A stretch of DNA of 64,000 bases, taken from NCBI GenBank assembly GCA_965208125.1, contig OZ242320.1:2624001-2688000 (forward strand). Reading direction: 5' to 3'. Positions 19,798 through 28,936 of this stretch are shown here, in pieces. The notes below the pieces were generated by a model. The model was not told the origin of the DNA. It made no database searches and was given only the letters and a program-made list of their open reading frames with translations. Positions within the stretch are counted from its first letter, which is position 1; the number at the start of each line of letters is the position of its first letter. Source of the DNA: Candidatus Latescibacterota bacterium (GTDB taxonomy: Bacteria > Latescibacterota > UBA2968). The translations under genes were made by a program, and so were the position numbers.

Positions 19798-20643
19798 ATG
19801 GAATGGGATGACATTGCGCGGCGGCGCATCAAAGCGGGCGGGTATAGAAGACAGAAGACGTATGATACCTTCGGTTTTATTTTAACGGAAGAGTTGATCA
19901 TTCCGTCCGCGAGGATGGGTGATATTGATCTCGATGCGTTTCGGACTTTCCTGCGTATGCAGGGTCTCGATACAGAGGAGGAACCACAGTCTGAGATTGC
20001 TGATGATTTGTGTAATAGACGTGTTCTAATTGAGTTTGATAATGTCCTGCGTCCGACGCTCTATGGATTGATGGCGTTCGGCAAAGAGCCGCAGGCGCAT
20101 CCGCGGACAACGAATTTTTTCGTCGAGTGTGTAGCCTACCTGGGCGAGGATCGAGCGTCGGATGTTATTCTCACCGGCGAGGGGAAGGGACGTCTTGAAG
20201 AGCAAATACGCCGGTCGGTCGGATGGGTTCGCGGTTTGGGATGGAAGGAGAGCTACCACGGTCTTGATCGGGTGGAGACGCCACTAATTCCCGAGAAGGC
20301 ACTGCGCGAGGCAATCGTCAATGCTGTTGTTCACCGGGAGTACGCGATTACAGGGTCGAAGGTGTTGCTCGAAATATTCCGCGACCGTATTGATGTGACC
20401 AGTCCAGGGACTTTTCCAAATCACATGAGTGTCGAGAATGTCCGCTCGGGCGGCAATCCCCGATCCCGCAATGAGTTGATGGCAAATGCCATGCTCGTCG
20501 CGCGCTTGATGGAACAGCGAGGACGCGGATGGCCCGTGATGCGGAGAGAGATGCGAGAATTTAACGGCACTGAGCCGGAAATCGTGCAAGACGAGGGCGG
20601 GAAGTTTGTGCGGGTGACGTTTAGTAAAGGGGTAGAGGGGTAA
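19798..20643 (+). CDS. HATPase_c_4/'RecG C-terminal' domain protein, apparently missing its N-terminal AlbA_2 domain (possible internally deleted remnant)
   Basis: ALREAIVNAVVHREY, IFRDRIDVTSPG, RSRNELMA, MEQRGRG motifs; only about 20 aa precede the post-AlbA linker. Confidence 0.7.
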   Translation: MEWDDIARRRIKAGGYRRQKTYDTFGFILTEELIIPSARMGDIDLDAFRTFLRMQGLDTEEEPQSEIADDLCNRRVLIEFDNVLRPTLYGLMAFGKEPQAHPRTTNFFVECVAYLGEDRASDVILTGEGKGRLEEQIRRSVGWVRGLGWKESYHGLDRVETPLIPEKALREAIVNAVVHREYAITGSKVLLEIFRDRIDVTSPGTFPNHMSVENVRSGGNPRSRNELMANAMLVARLMEQRGRGWPVMRREMREFNGTEPEIVQDEGGKFVRVTFSKGVEG

Positions 20644-20646
20644 CGT

Positions 20647-20820
20647 ATGGCTAATAGAGAGGACACCTTAGCAACTTTCCGTCGTGTGCGTGCGATTCAA
20701 GCCGTTGATGAACTTCAAAAGCAATCGGTTGAAAATGGTCTTAATAATATGGATTTGGAAGAGGTAAACCGCGAAATTCAAGCCGTGCGAGCCTTGCCCA
20801 CTGCTCAGGAAAATACTTGA
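20647..20820 (+). pseudogene. 57-aa ORF resembling the C-terminal half of a Phd/YefM-type antitoxin
   Basis: Manual translation MANREDTLATFRRVRAIQAVDELQKQSVENGLNNMDLEEVNREIQAVRALPTAQENT; below the ORF-track length cut-off; similarity recalled, not searched. Confidence 0.5.
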
Positions 20821-20859
20821 TGGTGCGACTATCATTTGAGATGAGTTTTTTTAAATGTT

Positions 20860-21747
20860 ATGAAAATATCCATTACCCAATTCCTCACTCATCTATCGCG
20901 GCAGCGGCGATTGTCCGATCATACGTGTGCGGCATATAACACGGATCTGGATCAGTTCGCCGCTTTTTTGCAGGGGCGTCAGGTGGATCGCGTGGAACAG
21001 ATTGATCGGAATGCGGTGCGGGATTTTTTGGGATTTTTGCACAATAGGGGATTTGGTCGGCGGTCTGTTGCCCGAAAGCTGGCGGCGGTGCGAACGTTTT
21101 TGAGTTATTTGTGCAGTGCGGGCGATTTGGACCGGAATCCAGCACTCGATGTGCGTCCGCCCAGGCAGGATAAGATATTGCCCGTTTATCTGGATGTTGA
21201 CGAGGTTGCCCGCGCGATGTCTCTGCCGTCGCCCAATACGGTGTTGGGATTGCGCGATCGGGCGATTTTGGAGTTGTTTTATAGCGCGGGGATTCGATTG
21301 CGCGAGCTTGCGGGTCTCAAAATTGAGGCTGTGGATCTGGCAGATAAACTGGTGCGGGTTGTGGGCAAGGGCAATAAAGAGCGATTGGTTCCTTTCGGGG
21401 AACCGGCCCGGGTTGCGCTGGTGGCTTATTTGACGCGGCGGGAGGAACTGGTTTCTGATCAGACGACGGATAGACGGCACTTGTTTTTGGCGCGGTCTGG
21501 GCGTCCGCTGAGTCCCAGTGGTATTCAAGGTCGCGTTGCCCGGTATCTCAGCAAAGCGACCGGGCGGTCGTTGTCCCCCCATGCACTGCGCCACGCCTAT
21601 GCAACCCATCTGCTGGATGCGGGTGCAGATCTCAATGCGGTGAGAGAATTGCTCGGCCATGCGAGTCTTTCAACCACACAGGTTTATACGCATGTGAGTG
21701 TTGAGCGGTTAAAAAGAGCCTATCGACAAGCGCATCCACGGGCGTGA
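20860..21747 (+). CDS. xerC: Tyrosine recombinase XerC
   Basis: RDRAILELFYSAGIRLREL, GKGNKERLVP, HALRHAYATHLL, LLGHASLSTTQVYTH; downstream of topA as in many genomes. Confidence 0.88.
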   Translation: MKISITQFLTHLSRQRRLSDHTCAAYNTDLDQFAAFLQGRQVDRVEQIDRNAVRDFLGFLHNRGFGRRSVARKLAAVRTFLSYLCSAGDLDRNPALDVRPPRQDKILPVYLDVDEVARAMSLPSPNTVLGLRDRAILELFYSAGIRLRELAGLKIEAVDLADKLVRVVGKGNKERLVPFGEPARVALVAYLTRREELVSDQTTDRRHLFLARSGRPLSPSGIQGRVARYLSKATGRSLSPHALRHAYATHLLDAGADLNAVRELLGHASLSTTQVYTHVSVERLKRAYRQAHPRA

Positions 21748-21795
21748 AAAAATAATGTGGCATTATCACCAACACTTTCGACATCTAAATTAGAC

Positions 21796-23472
21796 ATGCC
21801 TGCGCTCGCGTCTCACGTCTTACATCTTACCTTTTTCTTTCTTTTTTTAGCCTGTGCCCGGCAGATGCCTCCGCCGGGAGGACCGCTCGATAAAACGCCG
21901 CCGAGGGTAGTTGATACAGTGCCCGCAGATGATTCTGTGCGAGTCGGGTTGGATACTCGGATTCGCATTCGCTTTTCCGAGGCGATGGATCGCAGGTCGG
22001 TTGAGCGGGCGTTATTTATTTCGCCACAGAGGGCTGAGGAATTTGATTTCAAGTGGCGTGGGGATGTGCTGGAAATTCGATTGTCCGATGGCTTGCAGGC
22101 CGATCGGACGTATCTGGTTACGGTGGGGCAGGAGAGCGCGGATGAGTGGCGCAACCGCATGCGGTCTTCTTATAGTTTTGGGTTTGCGACGGGGGATCGC
22201 TTAAATCGCGGGGAACTCAATGGGCGGGTGTTGAAGTCTAAGGGACAGACAGGACAGGTAGTGGATAGAGGCATTCCACCACAAGTTTTTGTTTGGGCTT
22301 ATGATCTGTCTTTGGTGATGGCACCCGATCCGGGACGAGACCGTCCCACGTATGTGACACAGCCCGATGAAACGGGTCATTTTGTATTGCCGCGGTTGGG
22401 GTCTGGGAATTATCGGATATTTGCTTTTGGCGATCAGAATAATGATCGCGCGTATTCATCAGGCGACTTGTTGGCACTTCCGCCCGGCGATGTGGTGCTC
22501 ACCGATGAGGGGCGCGTTCGCCTGGGGGATCTCAAACTCGCGGTGCGCGATACATCAGCACCTGCGCTCGTTGCCGCACGCACGCCAGATCAACAGCATG
22601 TTTTGATGCGATTTGATGAACCGGTGCGCGTTTTAGGCGTTGAAATAACCGACCTGTCGGTGTTGGAGATATATCAAGATCCCGTTGACTCGAGCGGGGT
22701 AGGGTTGATTACCGAACTGCAAACGCGAGGTGTGGAATACAGGGGGCGGGCTGATGTCGCAGATCAGTGGGGGAATCGCGATACCACAGATGTAACGGTG
22801 CGAGGCGATGGTACGCGCGATCGACGCGCGCCAGAGGTGCTGGCTCGCGCACCAGTGGAGAATGCCGAGAATGTTTTGCCAACGGCTGTAATTCGCATGT
22901 TGTTTTCCGATGCGATGCGTGTAGATGTCGTGTCTGACTTCTGGATAGCGTCGGATTCGACGGTTGTTCCCCAGGGATATTTTGAATGGGTTGCGCCCAA
23001 TCATCTCGTGTTTACACCGGATAGTCTGTGGATGGGTGGTGAGACGATTCGGCTCATTGGAAATCGCGAAAAACTCCTGGATATTGGCGGTAATGTTCTT
23101 TCTGAACCGATTTCGTTTGTTTTTTCTGTGATGGATACTGCGGCTCTGGGGCGCGTTTCCGGGACGACTTCTTCTTCTGATGTGGTGATATGGATGGAGG
23201 GGTTGACGCATGACTTTTTTTTAGAGCAGGTTTTGCGGGATACGACGTTTAGTTTGACGAATTTGCTTCCGGGGACGTATCGCATTTCCGGATTTTTAGA
23301 TCGCGACCGCAATGGCCATTGGATGTCTGGGCAAGTCCATCCGTTTGTGCCCGCGGAGCCTTTGATCGCGCATGCCGATACTGTGGAGGTACGGGCGCGG
23401 TGGGAGACGGAGGTGGAGAGGTTGGATTCCAAAATCTGGTGGATGTTGCCACCTGAGGAAAAGAAACCGTGA
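21796..23472 (+). CDS. Lipoprotein with Ig-like (Big_5-type) domains
   Basis: FFFLFLA-C lipobox then ARQMPPPGGPLDKTPP; two IRFSEAM/LFSDAM Ig modules; DxNxD motifs. Confidence 0.8.
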   Translation: MPALASHVLHLTFFFLFLACARQMPPPGGPLDKTPPRVVDTVPADDSVRVGLDTRIRIRFSEAMDRRSVERALFISPQRAEEFDFKWRGDVLEIRLSDGLQADRTYLVTVGQESADEWRNRMRSSYSFGFATGDRLNRGELNGRVLKSKGQTGQVVDRGIPPQVFVWAYDLSLVMAPDPGRDRPTYVTQPDETGHFVLPRLGSGNYRIFAFGDQNNDRAYSSGDLLALPPGDVVLTDEGRVRLGDLKLAVRDTSAPALVAARTPDQQHVLMRFDEPVRVLGVEITDLSVLEIYQDPVDSSGVGLITELQTRGVEYRGRADVADQWGNRDTTDVTVRGDGTRDRRAPEVLARAPVENAENVLPTAVIRMLFSDAMRVDVVSDFWIASDSTVVPQGYFEWVAPNHLVFTPDSLWMGGETIRLIGNREKLLDIGGNVLSEPISFVFSVMDTAALGRVSGTTSSSDVVIWMEGLTHDFFLEQVLRDTTFSLTNLLPGTYRISGFLDRDRNGHWMSGQVHPFVPAEPLIAHADTVEVRARWETEVERLDSKIWWMLPPEEKKP

Positions 23473-23861
23473 TGTTTTTTTGGAAATATCGAGATCAGTT
23501 GTCTCAGGTGGGTGTTGTTATTGGTCTTCTGGTATTGATATGCGTGGTGTTGTTTTATCAGTTTACATATCGCACGCCCGAAGACGCAGAGCGAGAACGC
23601 GCCCGCATTATGTTGCAACGCATTGCGACTCTACAACACGCATATCGCGCAGAATATGGCACTTATTTATCTATTGATGAAAAAAGTAATGGCGGTATTT
23701 TACAACTCAATAATGTGCCCGGACGTTTTCGCTATCGGGTGACGGTTTCAGAGGATGGTTTCAAAGCGTATGCAGAAGCGGATTTTGATCGAGATGGCAA
23801 AGCCGAGGTGTGGGTGGTGGATGCAAGGGAATCAGAACCGGTACTCAAACATGAGGATTAA
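23469..23861 (+). CDS. Type IV pilin-like membrane protein lacking a class III cleavage motif
   Basis: One N-terminal TM, then ARIMLQRIATLQHAYRAEYGTY...FRYRV...FKAYAEADFDRDGKAEVWVVD; no GFTLIE; overlaps both neighbours. Confidence 0.6.
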   Translation: MMFFWKYRDQLSQVGVVIGLLVLICVVLFYQFTYRTPEDAERERARIMLQRIATLQHAYRAEYGTYLSIDEKSNGGILQLNNVPGRFRYRVTVSEDGFKAYAEADFDRDGKAEVWVVDARESEPVLKHED

Positions 23862-26379
23862 TATTGTGAAAAAGATATGTGTTATCGGCCTTTTGCTCGC
23901 TCTGTGGGTTGGTGCAGAGGGGTATGTGATTCTTACACGACAAAATTCGCGTGAACGTATTGTGACACTTCGCTGGTCACCCTCTCGGGCCCAGGCCGGT
24001 ATTCCCTTTGTGGTCAATGCCGGGAGTTTTCCTTTTCCCGAGGCCGAGGTGGTGCGGATCGCACAGCAGGGGTTTAACGACTGGGGCGGGGTGCCGTCGG
24101 CATTTATTACATTTGAATATGAAGGTACAGCACAGCTTGAAGTGGCGGGTAATGATAATCGCAATGTGATTTTTTTCGATACGACGGGAGAGGTTATAGG
24201 AGCACCTGAGGGTACGGGGGTCATTGCAATTGCACGGGTCATCGAGAACGACGACGGTTTTATTACGGATACGGATATTGTTTTTAATGGACGAGATCAC
24301 GAGTTTTCGATTGAGGTGAATAACACGCCTGAGAATCTGACCGATCTTCACGCTGTGATGACGCATGAAATCGGTCATTTGTTGGGGCTGGATCACAGCC
24401 CCTGGGTGGGTGACCCCGAACTGCGACCGACCATGTTTCCCTATAATTTGGACGAAGCGCCGCGTGCGGAGCGTTCTCTGGAAGTCGATGACCGCGCGGG
24501 TATAACGGCGATATACCCTGTGGAAGGGTTTACTGGCGGTGTGCGTGGACAAGTTCTGGATGCCGATGGTCCCACATTTGGCGTGCATGTGGTGGTCTAT
24601 CAGGCGGGAACAGATTCCCTTATGTTTGTCGCGAGTGCTTTGTCGGGTTCGGCTGGTGAACAAAAAGGACCCAATGGCGATGGGCGTTACGAAATTCTCG
24701 GGTTGCCCCCGGGTGATTACCACGTTGCGATTGAGCCACACCATCGCGCAATTTCGGCTGATAATTTTGGCGGTATTTTTCAGACATTATATGATGAAAG
24801 ATTAGAAAGAGAGTACTATAATAATGCGTTTTTGAAAGACAATGCCCAGATCATACGCGTTGAAATCGACCGCGTGATAGAAAATGTCGATTTTGCGATT
24901 GGACCTTCTGTGGCGGGCGCGCCCTTTATTCGGGAGACTATTTTTCCGGCCAATACGCCCGATCCCAATGGCCCCTATCGCTTTTCGGCAAGGGTGACCG
25001 ATAATACAGGGGTGGCAACGGTTGAATTGCATTATCGGGTCAATGGCGGGGGCGTGCACGTGCTGCCAATGATCCCTACGGGTAACGATATTTTTTCCGC
25101 TGAACTCGACGGACAAAGTGTGGGATCGCGGGTTGAATATCGGGTGGTTGCGCGCGATGGCGATGGCAATGAAACGCCTTCGCCGCCACCTGAATTGCCC
25201 ATGTTGCAATTCGATGTGATATCCCTTTCTGGAGCTCCCGTACTTTTTGTTGCATTGCGAGATGAAGATATGGTGGCCGTTATTGATATGGGATCGGATG
25301 AAGAGGTGGCGCGCATTTCCACTGGCGCGGGCCCCTTAAGTGTTTTGATGACACCGGATCAGCGCTATTTGTTTGTCGCCAATACGGGGGGGGCTGTCGG
25401 CACATCTGAAAATCGGGTCACGGTTATCGAGACTGCCACGCATCAGGTGGCGGCGAATATTACGGTTGACAATGCGCCTCTGGATCTCGCGTTGAGCGCA
25501 GATGGGCAGTTGCTCTATGTCACCAATTCACAGTCTAAGAGTATTTCGGTTATTGAGGTGGCGAGTTTGACTGTGCGCAATCGCATTCGGGTGCCGGTTG
25601 TTAATGACGGCGGTCCCTATGGCGTGGCGATTCATCCGGATGGAAAGCGGCTTTATGTCACAGATATCCAGGCCAATCAAGTGCTGATTGTCGATACCGC
25701 ACTCAGAGCGACGGTTGGTCGCATTGATGTGATTGAGGACCCCCGCTCATTGGTTATATCTGCGGATGGAAAGCGGTTGTATGTGTCGGGAGGGGACTTT
25801 GGTGACGTTGGCAGTGGCGGTGTTGTGGTGATTGATACCGAGTCGGAGTCTGTGGTGACAACGATTTCTATAGATGGTGGAATCTTTCGCCTTGCTTTAT
25901 CGCCGGATGGTTCGCGGTTATACGGAACCGATCGCGCGAATGCCCAATTGGTCGTCGTCGATGTGGCGCAGAATCGCGTTGTGAATACTGTCCAGGTTTT
26001 GCCCGAAGGTGAAGAGACGCGTTCTTTGTTTGTGTCGCGCGACGGGTCGCAGATATATGTGGCGAACCAGAATTCGAATGAGTTGGTTATTTTTGACGCG
26101 GAGTCGTTTCAGATTTTGAAAACGCTGAGTTTTGAAGATAGACCACGCGGTATAGCAGTGCGCTCTCAGCCGGCTGTGTTTCTGCCCTTGCGGGAGATAG
26201 CCGCTCAAGCGGATTTCGATGGCAGTGGCAAGATCGATTTTGGAGATTTTCTTCTGTTTGTTGCCGCTTTTAGTGCTGAGAGTCCCGATGCGCGTTTTGA
26301 CTTAAATGAGGATGGGCAGGTCAATTTTGGCGATTTTTTGTTATTTACCAGTGTTTTTGGAAAAACGGTAAGCGCGTGA
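23851..26379 (+). CDS. Secreted metzincin (matrixin-like) protease with Ig-like domains, YVTN beta-propeller and C-terminal paired EF-hand/dockerin-like domain
   Basis: Signal peptide; HEIGHLLGLDH and Met-turn PTMFP; LFVAN/LYVTN repeats; DFDGSGKIDFGDF...DLNEDGQVNFGDF. Confidence 0.85.
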   Translation: MRINIVKKICVIGLLLALWVGAEGYVILTRQNSRERIVTLRWSPSRAQAGIPFVVNAGSFPFPEAEVVRIAQQGFNDWGGVPSAFITFEYEGTAQLEVAGNDNRNVIFFDTTGEVIGAPEGTGVIAIARVIENDDGFITDTDIVFNGRDHEFSIEVNNTPENLTDLHAVMTHEIGHLLGLDHSPWVGDPELRPTMFPYNLDEAPRAERSLEVDDRAGITAIYPVEGFTGGVRGQVLDADGPTFGVHVVVYQAGTDSLMFVASALSGSAGEQKGPNGDGRYEILGLPPGDYHVAIEPHHRAISADNFGGIFQTLYDERLEREYYNNAFLKDNAQIIRVEIDRVIENVDFAIGPSVAGAPFIRETIFPANTPDPNGPYRFSARVTDNTGVATVELHYRVNGGGVHVLPMIPTGNDIFSAELDGQSVGSRVEYRVVARDGDGNETPSPPPELPMLQFDVISLSGAPVLFVALRDEDMVAVIDMGSDEEVARISTGAGPLSVLMTPDQRYLFVANTGGAVGTSENRVTVIETATHQVAANITVDNAPLDLALSADGQLLYVTNSQSKSISVIEVASLTVRNRIRVPVVNDGGPYGVAIHPDGKRLYVTDIQANQVLIVDTALRATVGRIDVIEDPRSLVISADGKRLYVSGGDFGDVGSGGVVVIDTESESVVTTISIDGGIFRLALSPDGSRLYGTDRANAQLVVVDVAQNRVVNTVQVLPEGEETRSLFVSRDGSQIYVANQNSNELVIFDAESFQILKTLSFEDRPRGIAVRSQPAVFLPLREIAAQADFDGSGKIDFGDFLLFVAAFSAESPDARFDLNEDGQVNFGDFLLFTSVFGKTVSA

Positions 26380-26401
26380 TATGCAATAATTCCCGAAAGA
26401 T

Positions 26402-26431
26402 AAAAAAGCTCTGGATGCCCGGAGCTTTTTT
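26402..26431 (+). terminator. Intrinsic terminator
   Basis: aaaaaagctctgg-atgc-ccggagctttttt. Confidence 0.75.
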
Positions 26432-26503
26432 ATCTTTGCGCTCAAATTGTGGTGTATATTGCAATGGTGTGTGACTTTTTAGCTTTTTTACAAGGAGGAT
26501 GTG

Positions 26504-27367
26504 ATGGCGTTTGGACAGGGTGATTATGTCTATACGGTGCAGGAAAATTGGTGGTCGTTGCCCGAAGGCTGGTCGTTTGGATGGGTACCGGCGGTGGCTG
26601 TTGATTCGCAAGACCGCGTTTATGTGTACAGTCGCAGCGAGCACCCGATGGTGGTTTTTGATCGCGAAGGCAATTTTTTGTCTTCGTGGGGCGAAGATGT
26701 GTTAAAGGATGCGCATGGCATTTATATCGATGCAGAAGATCACGTCTATTGTGTGGAGCGCAATACGCATTGTTTGCGGAAGTTTAGCTGTGATGGCGAG
26801 TTGTTGATGACGGTGGGGACGCCCGATCGGGAAGGCGATGAAGGCGAGCCGTTTCGGTTGCCGACCGATGTCGCGTTTGATTCTCAAGGGTTTATGTATG
26901 TGTCCGATGGGTATGGCAATGCGAGGATGCACAAGTTCACGCCCGATGGGGAGTTGATCAAGTCCTGGGGAGAACCGGGTACGGGACCGGGACAATTTGA
27001 TCTGGTGCATTCTGTGCGGGTCGATAAGGATGACCGTTTGTGGGTGGCAGATCGGAGCAACAATCGCATTCAATTTTTCGATACCGAGGGCAATTTTCAG
27101 GGAGAGTGGACGGGTTTGCACCAGCCCGATACTGTTTATATTGATGACGACGATGGGGTGGTTTATATCGCGGAGTTGGATCAGCGGGTGAGTATCTGGA
27201 CGGTTGATGGCGAGAAATTGTCTGAGTGGGGGCGCGGGGTTGAAAGCGATATCCCCGGTGAGTTCAAGAAGTGCCCGCACGGTATCTGGCTGGATTCACA
27301 CGGCGATTTGTATGTGGGGGAAGTGCAGACAGATGCCCGGTTGCAAAAGTTTATCCGGGAAAGATAA
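26504..27367 (+). CDS. NHL-repeat beta-propeller (PAL-like family)
   Basis: VAVDSQDRVYV, PTDVAFD..YVSDGYGNAR, GTGPGQFDLVH, WVADRSNNRIQ, PHGIWLDSHGDLYVGEV. Confidence 0.85.
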   Translation: MAFGQGDYVYTVQENWWSLPEGWSFGWVPAVAVDSQDRVYVYSRSEHPMVVFDREGNFLSSWGEDVLKDAHGIYIDAEDHVYCVERNTHCLRKFSCDGELLMTVGTPDREGDEGEPFRLPTDVAFDSQGFMYVSDGYGNARMHKFTPDGELIKSWGEPGTGPGQFDLVHSVRVDKDDRLWVADRSNNRIQFFDTEGNFQGEWTGLHQPDTVYIDDDDGVVYIAELDQRVSIWTVDGEKLSEWGRGVESDIPGEFKKCPHGIWLDSHGDLYVGEVQTDARLQKFIRER

Positions 27368-27374
27368 GGCAGTG

Positions 27375-28229
27375 ATGATTGAGGGTATTGTCACTTATGG
27401 CCGGATGATTAAATTCGGCCACAGTATTTTTGCCTTGCCATTCGCGCTTTCGGGCGCGGTATTGGCGGCGGCTGGATATGGGATTTCGTCCGAGCAGGTG
27501 TTCTGGATTGTGGTGGCGATGGTGGGCGCGAGAAGTGCGGCTATGGGTTTTAATCGGCTTGTGGATCGGAAAATGGATGCGGCCAATCCGCGCACGGCCA
27601 ATCGCGAGTTGCCGCAAGGAGTTATTTCGGCAGGTGCTGTGAAGGTGTTTGTGTGCGTTTTTTCTGCGCTACTCGTTTTTGCGGCTTATAAGTTAAATCC
27701 ACTGTGTTTGATGCTGTCACCTGTGGCATTGGGTATTGTGTTTTTTTATTCTTATACAAAGCGTTTTACGTGGACTACGCAGCTTTTTCTCGGGTTGGCA
27801 TTGTCTCTCGCGCCCGTGGGGGCATGGATCGCAGTGACGGGACAATTGGATGCGAAGATTTTACTGCTCGGTGGCGCGGTGTTGATGTGGGTCGCGGGAT
27901 TTGATGTGATTTACGCCTGTCAGGATGCCGAGTTTGATCGGCGGTTTGGGGTGTATTCGATTCCGCAGAAGTTTGGGATTGGTCCCGCGTTGTGGATTGC
28001 GCGGTTATTTCATGTGATTGCTTTTGGTTTGATGGTGTGCGTGGGACAGGTGTTTGAACTGGGGATGATTTATGTAGCTGGCGTGATGTGCGTGGGATGT
28101 TTGCTGATTTATGAACACTATTTGGTGAGGCACAGAGATTTGTCAAAGGCGGGTATGGCGTCTTTGACAATGAATGGTGTGGTCAGTGTGGTGTATTTTG
28201 CGGGGACGCTGGCCGATTTGTTGTTGTAA
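27375..28229 (+). CDS. UbiA-family polyprenyltransferase (MqnP-like)
   Basis: IKFGHSIFALPF, ARSAAMGFNRLVDRKMDAANPRTANRELP, YSYTKRFT, GFDVIYACQD. Confidence 0.9.
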   Translation: MIEGIVTYGRMIKFGHSIFALPFALSGAVLAAAGYGISSEQVFWIVVAMVGARSAAMGFNRLVDRKMDAANPRTANRELPQGVISAGAVKVFVCVFSALLVFAAYKLNPLCLMLSPVALGIVFFYSYTKRFTWTTQLFLGLALSLAPVGAWIAVTGQLDAKILLLGGAVLMWVAGFDVIYACQDAEFDRRFGVYSIPQKFGIGPALWIARLFHVIAFGLMVCVGQVFELGMIYVAGVMCVGCLLIYEHYLVRHRDLSKAGMASLTMNGVVSVVYFAGTLADLLL

Positions 28230-28256
28230 TTCGCTGTATCTGGGATTCTGTTTGCT

Positions 28257-28850
28257 ATGAAACGAATTACGGTTGCAATTACAGGGGCAAGTGGGGCTAT
28301 TTATGCGTTGCGCACGTTGCGCGCATTGCTGATGCGCGAGGTTGCGGTGGATGTGGTGATATCCGAATTTGGCTGGATGTTGCTTCGAGATGAGGCGGGC
28401 TTTGAGGGGAAACAGCGAGATTTTGGTGGTTTTATCCGGGAACTTTATGGTGTTTCGGTGGATAATATGGCACTGCACCCGTTTAAGAATCTCGCTGCAA
28501 CGCTGGCGAGTGGTTCGGCGCAGTCAGATGGCATGGTGGTGGTGCCGTGTTCGATGAAGACACTGGCGAGTATAGCCCATGGGTTGTCGCGCAATTTGAT
28601 TGAACGCGCTGCAGATGTCGCGTTGAAAGAGCGCCGGACGCTCATTATCGTGCCGCGGGAGACACCGATGAATTTGATTCAACTGCGCAATATGGTGGCG
28701 GTGGCCGAAGCGGGTGCTGTTGTGGTACCGGCGATGCCAGCATTTTATCAAAAGCCGGAGACGTTCGATGATTTGGCGGATTTCGTCGTTGGTCGAATTT
28801 TGAGTTTATTGGGCATTGAGCACGATTTGTATCCGGCATGGGAAGGGTGA
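28257..28850 (+). CDS. ubiX: Flavin prenyltransferase
   Basis: ITGASGAIY, ASGS, PCSMKTL, LIERAADVALKERR, PRETP, PAFYQKP. Confidence 0.93.
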   Translation: MKRITVAITGASGAIYALRTLRALLMREVAVDVVISEFGWMLLRDEAGFEGKQRDFGGFIRELYGVSVDNMALHPFKNLAATLASGSAQSDGMVVVPCSMKTLASIAHGLSRNLIERAADVALKERRTLIIVPRETPMNLIQLRNMVAVAEAGAVVVPAMPAFYQKPETFDDLADFVVGRILSLLGIEHDLYPAWEG

Positions 28851-28936
28851 AGGGTAAAGTGTGAAGTGTGAAGAAGCACCTGTTCTGGGGCGATGTTGGG
28901 AGGACTTCTCACTTCTAACTTCCTACTCCTTACTTC
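28842..28936. repeat. Inverted pair of heptamer arrays between convergent ubiX and RNB genes
   Basis: gaagggt gaagggt aaagtgt gaagtgt gaagaag (28842-28876); acttctc acttcta acttcct actcctt acttc (28904-28936). Confidence 0.8.

Noticed and set aside
20860-21747. Tyrosine recombinase as a phage or island integrase
   Set aside because: Size, motifs and position downstream of topA fit chromosomal XerC; no att repeats, tRNA or phage genes seen
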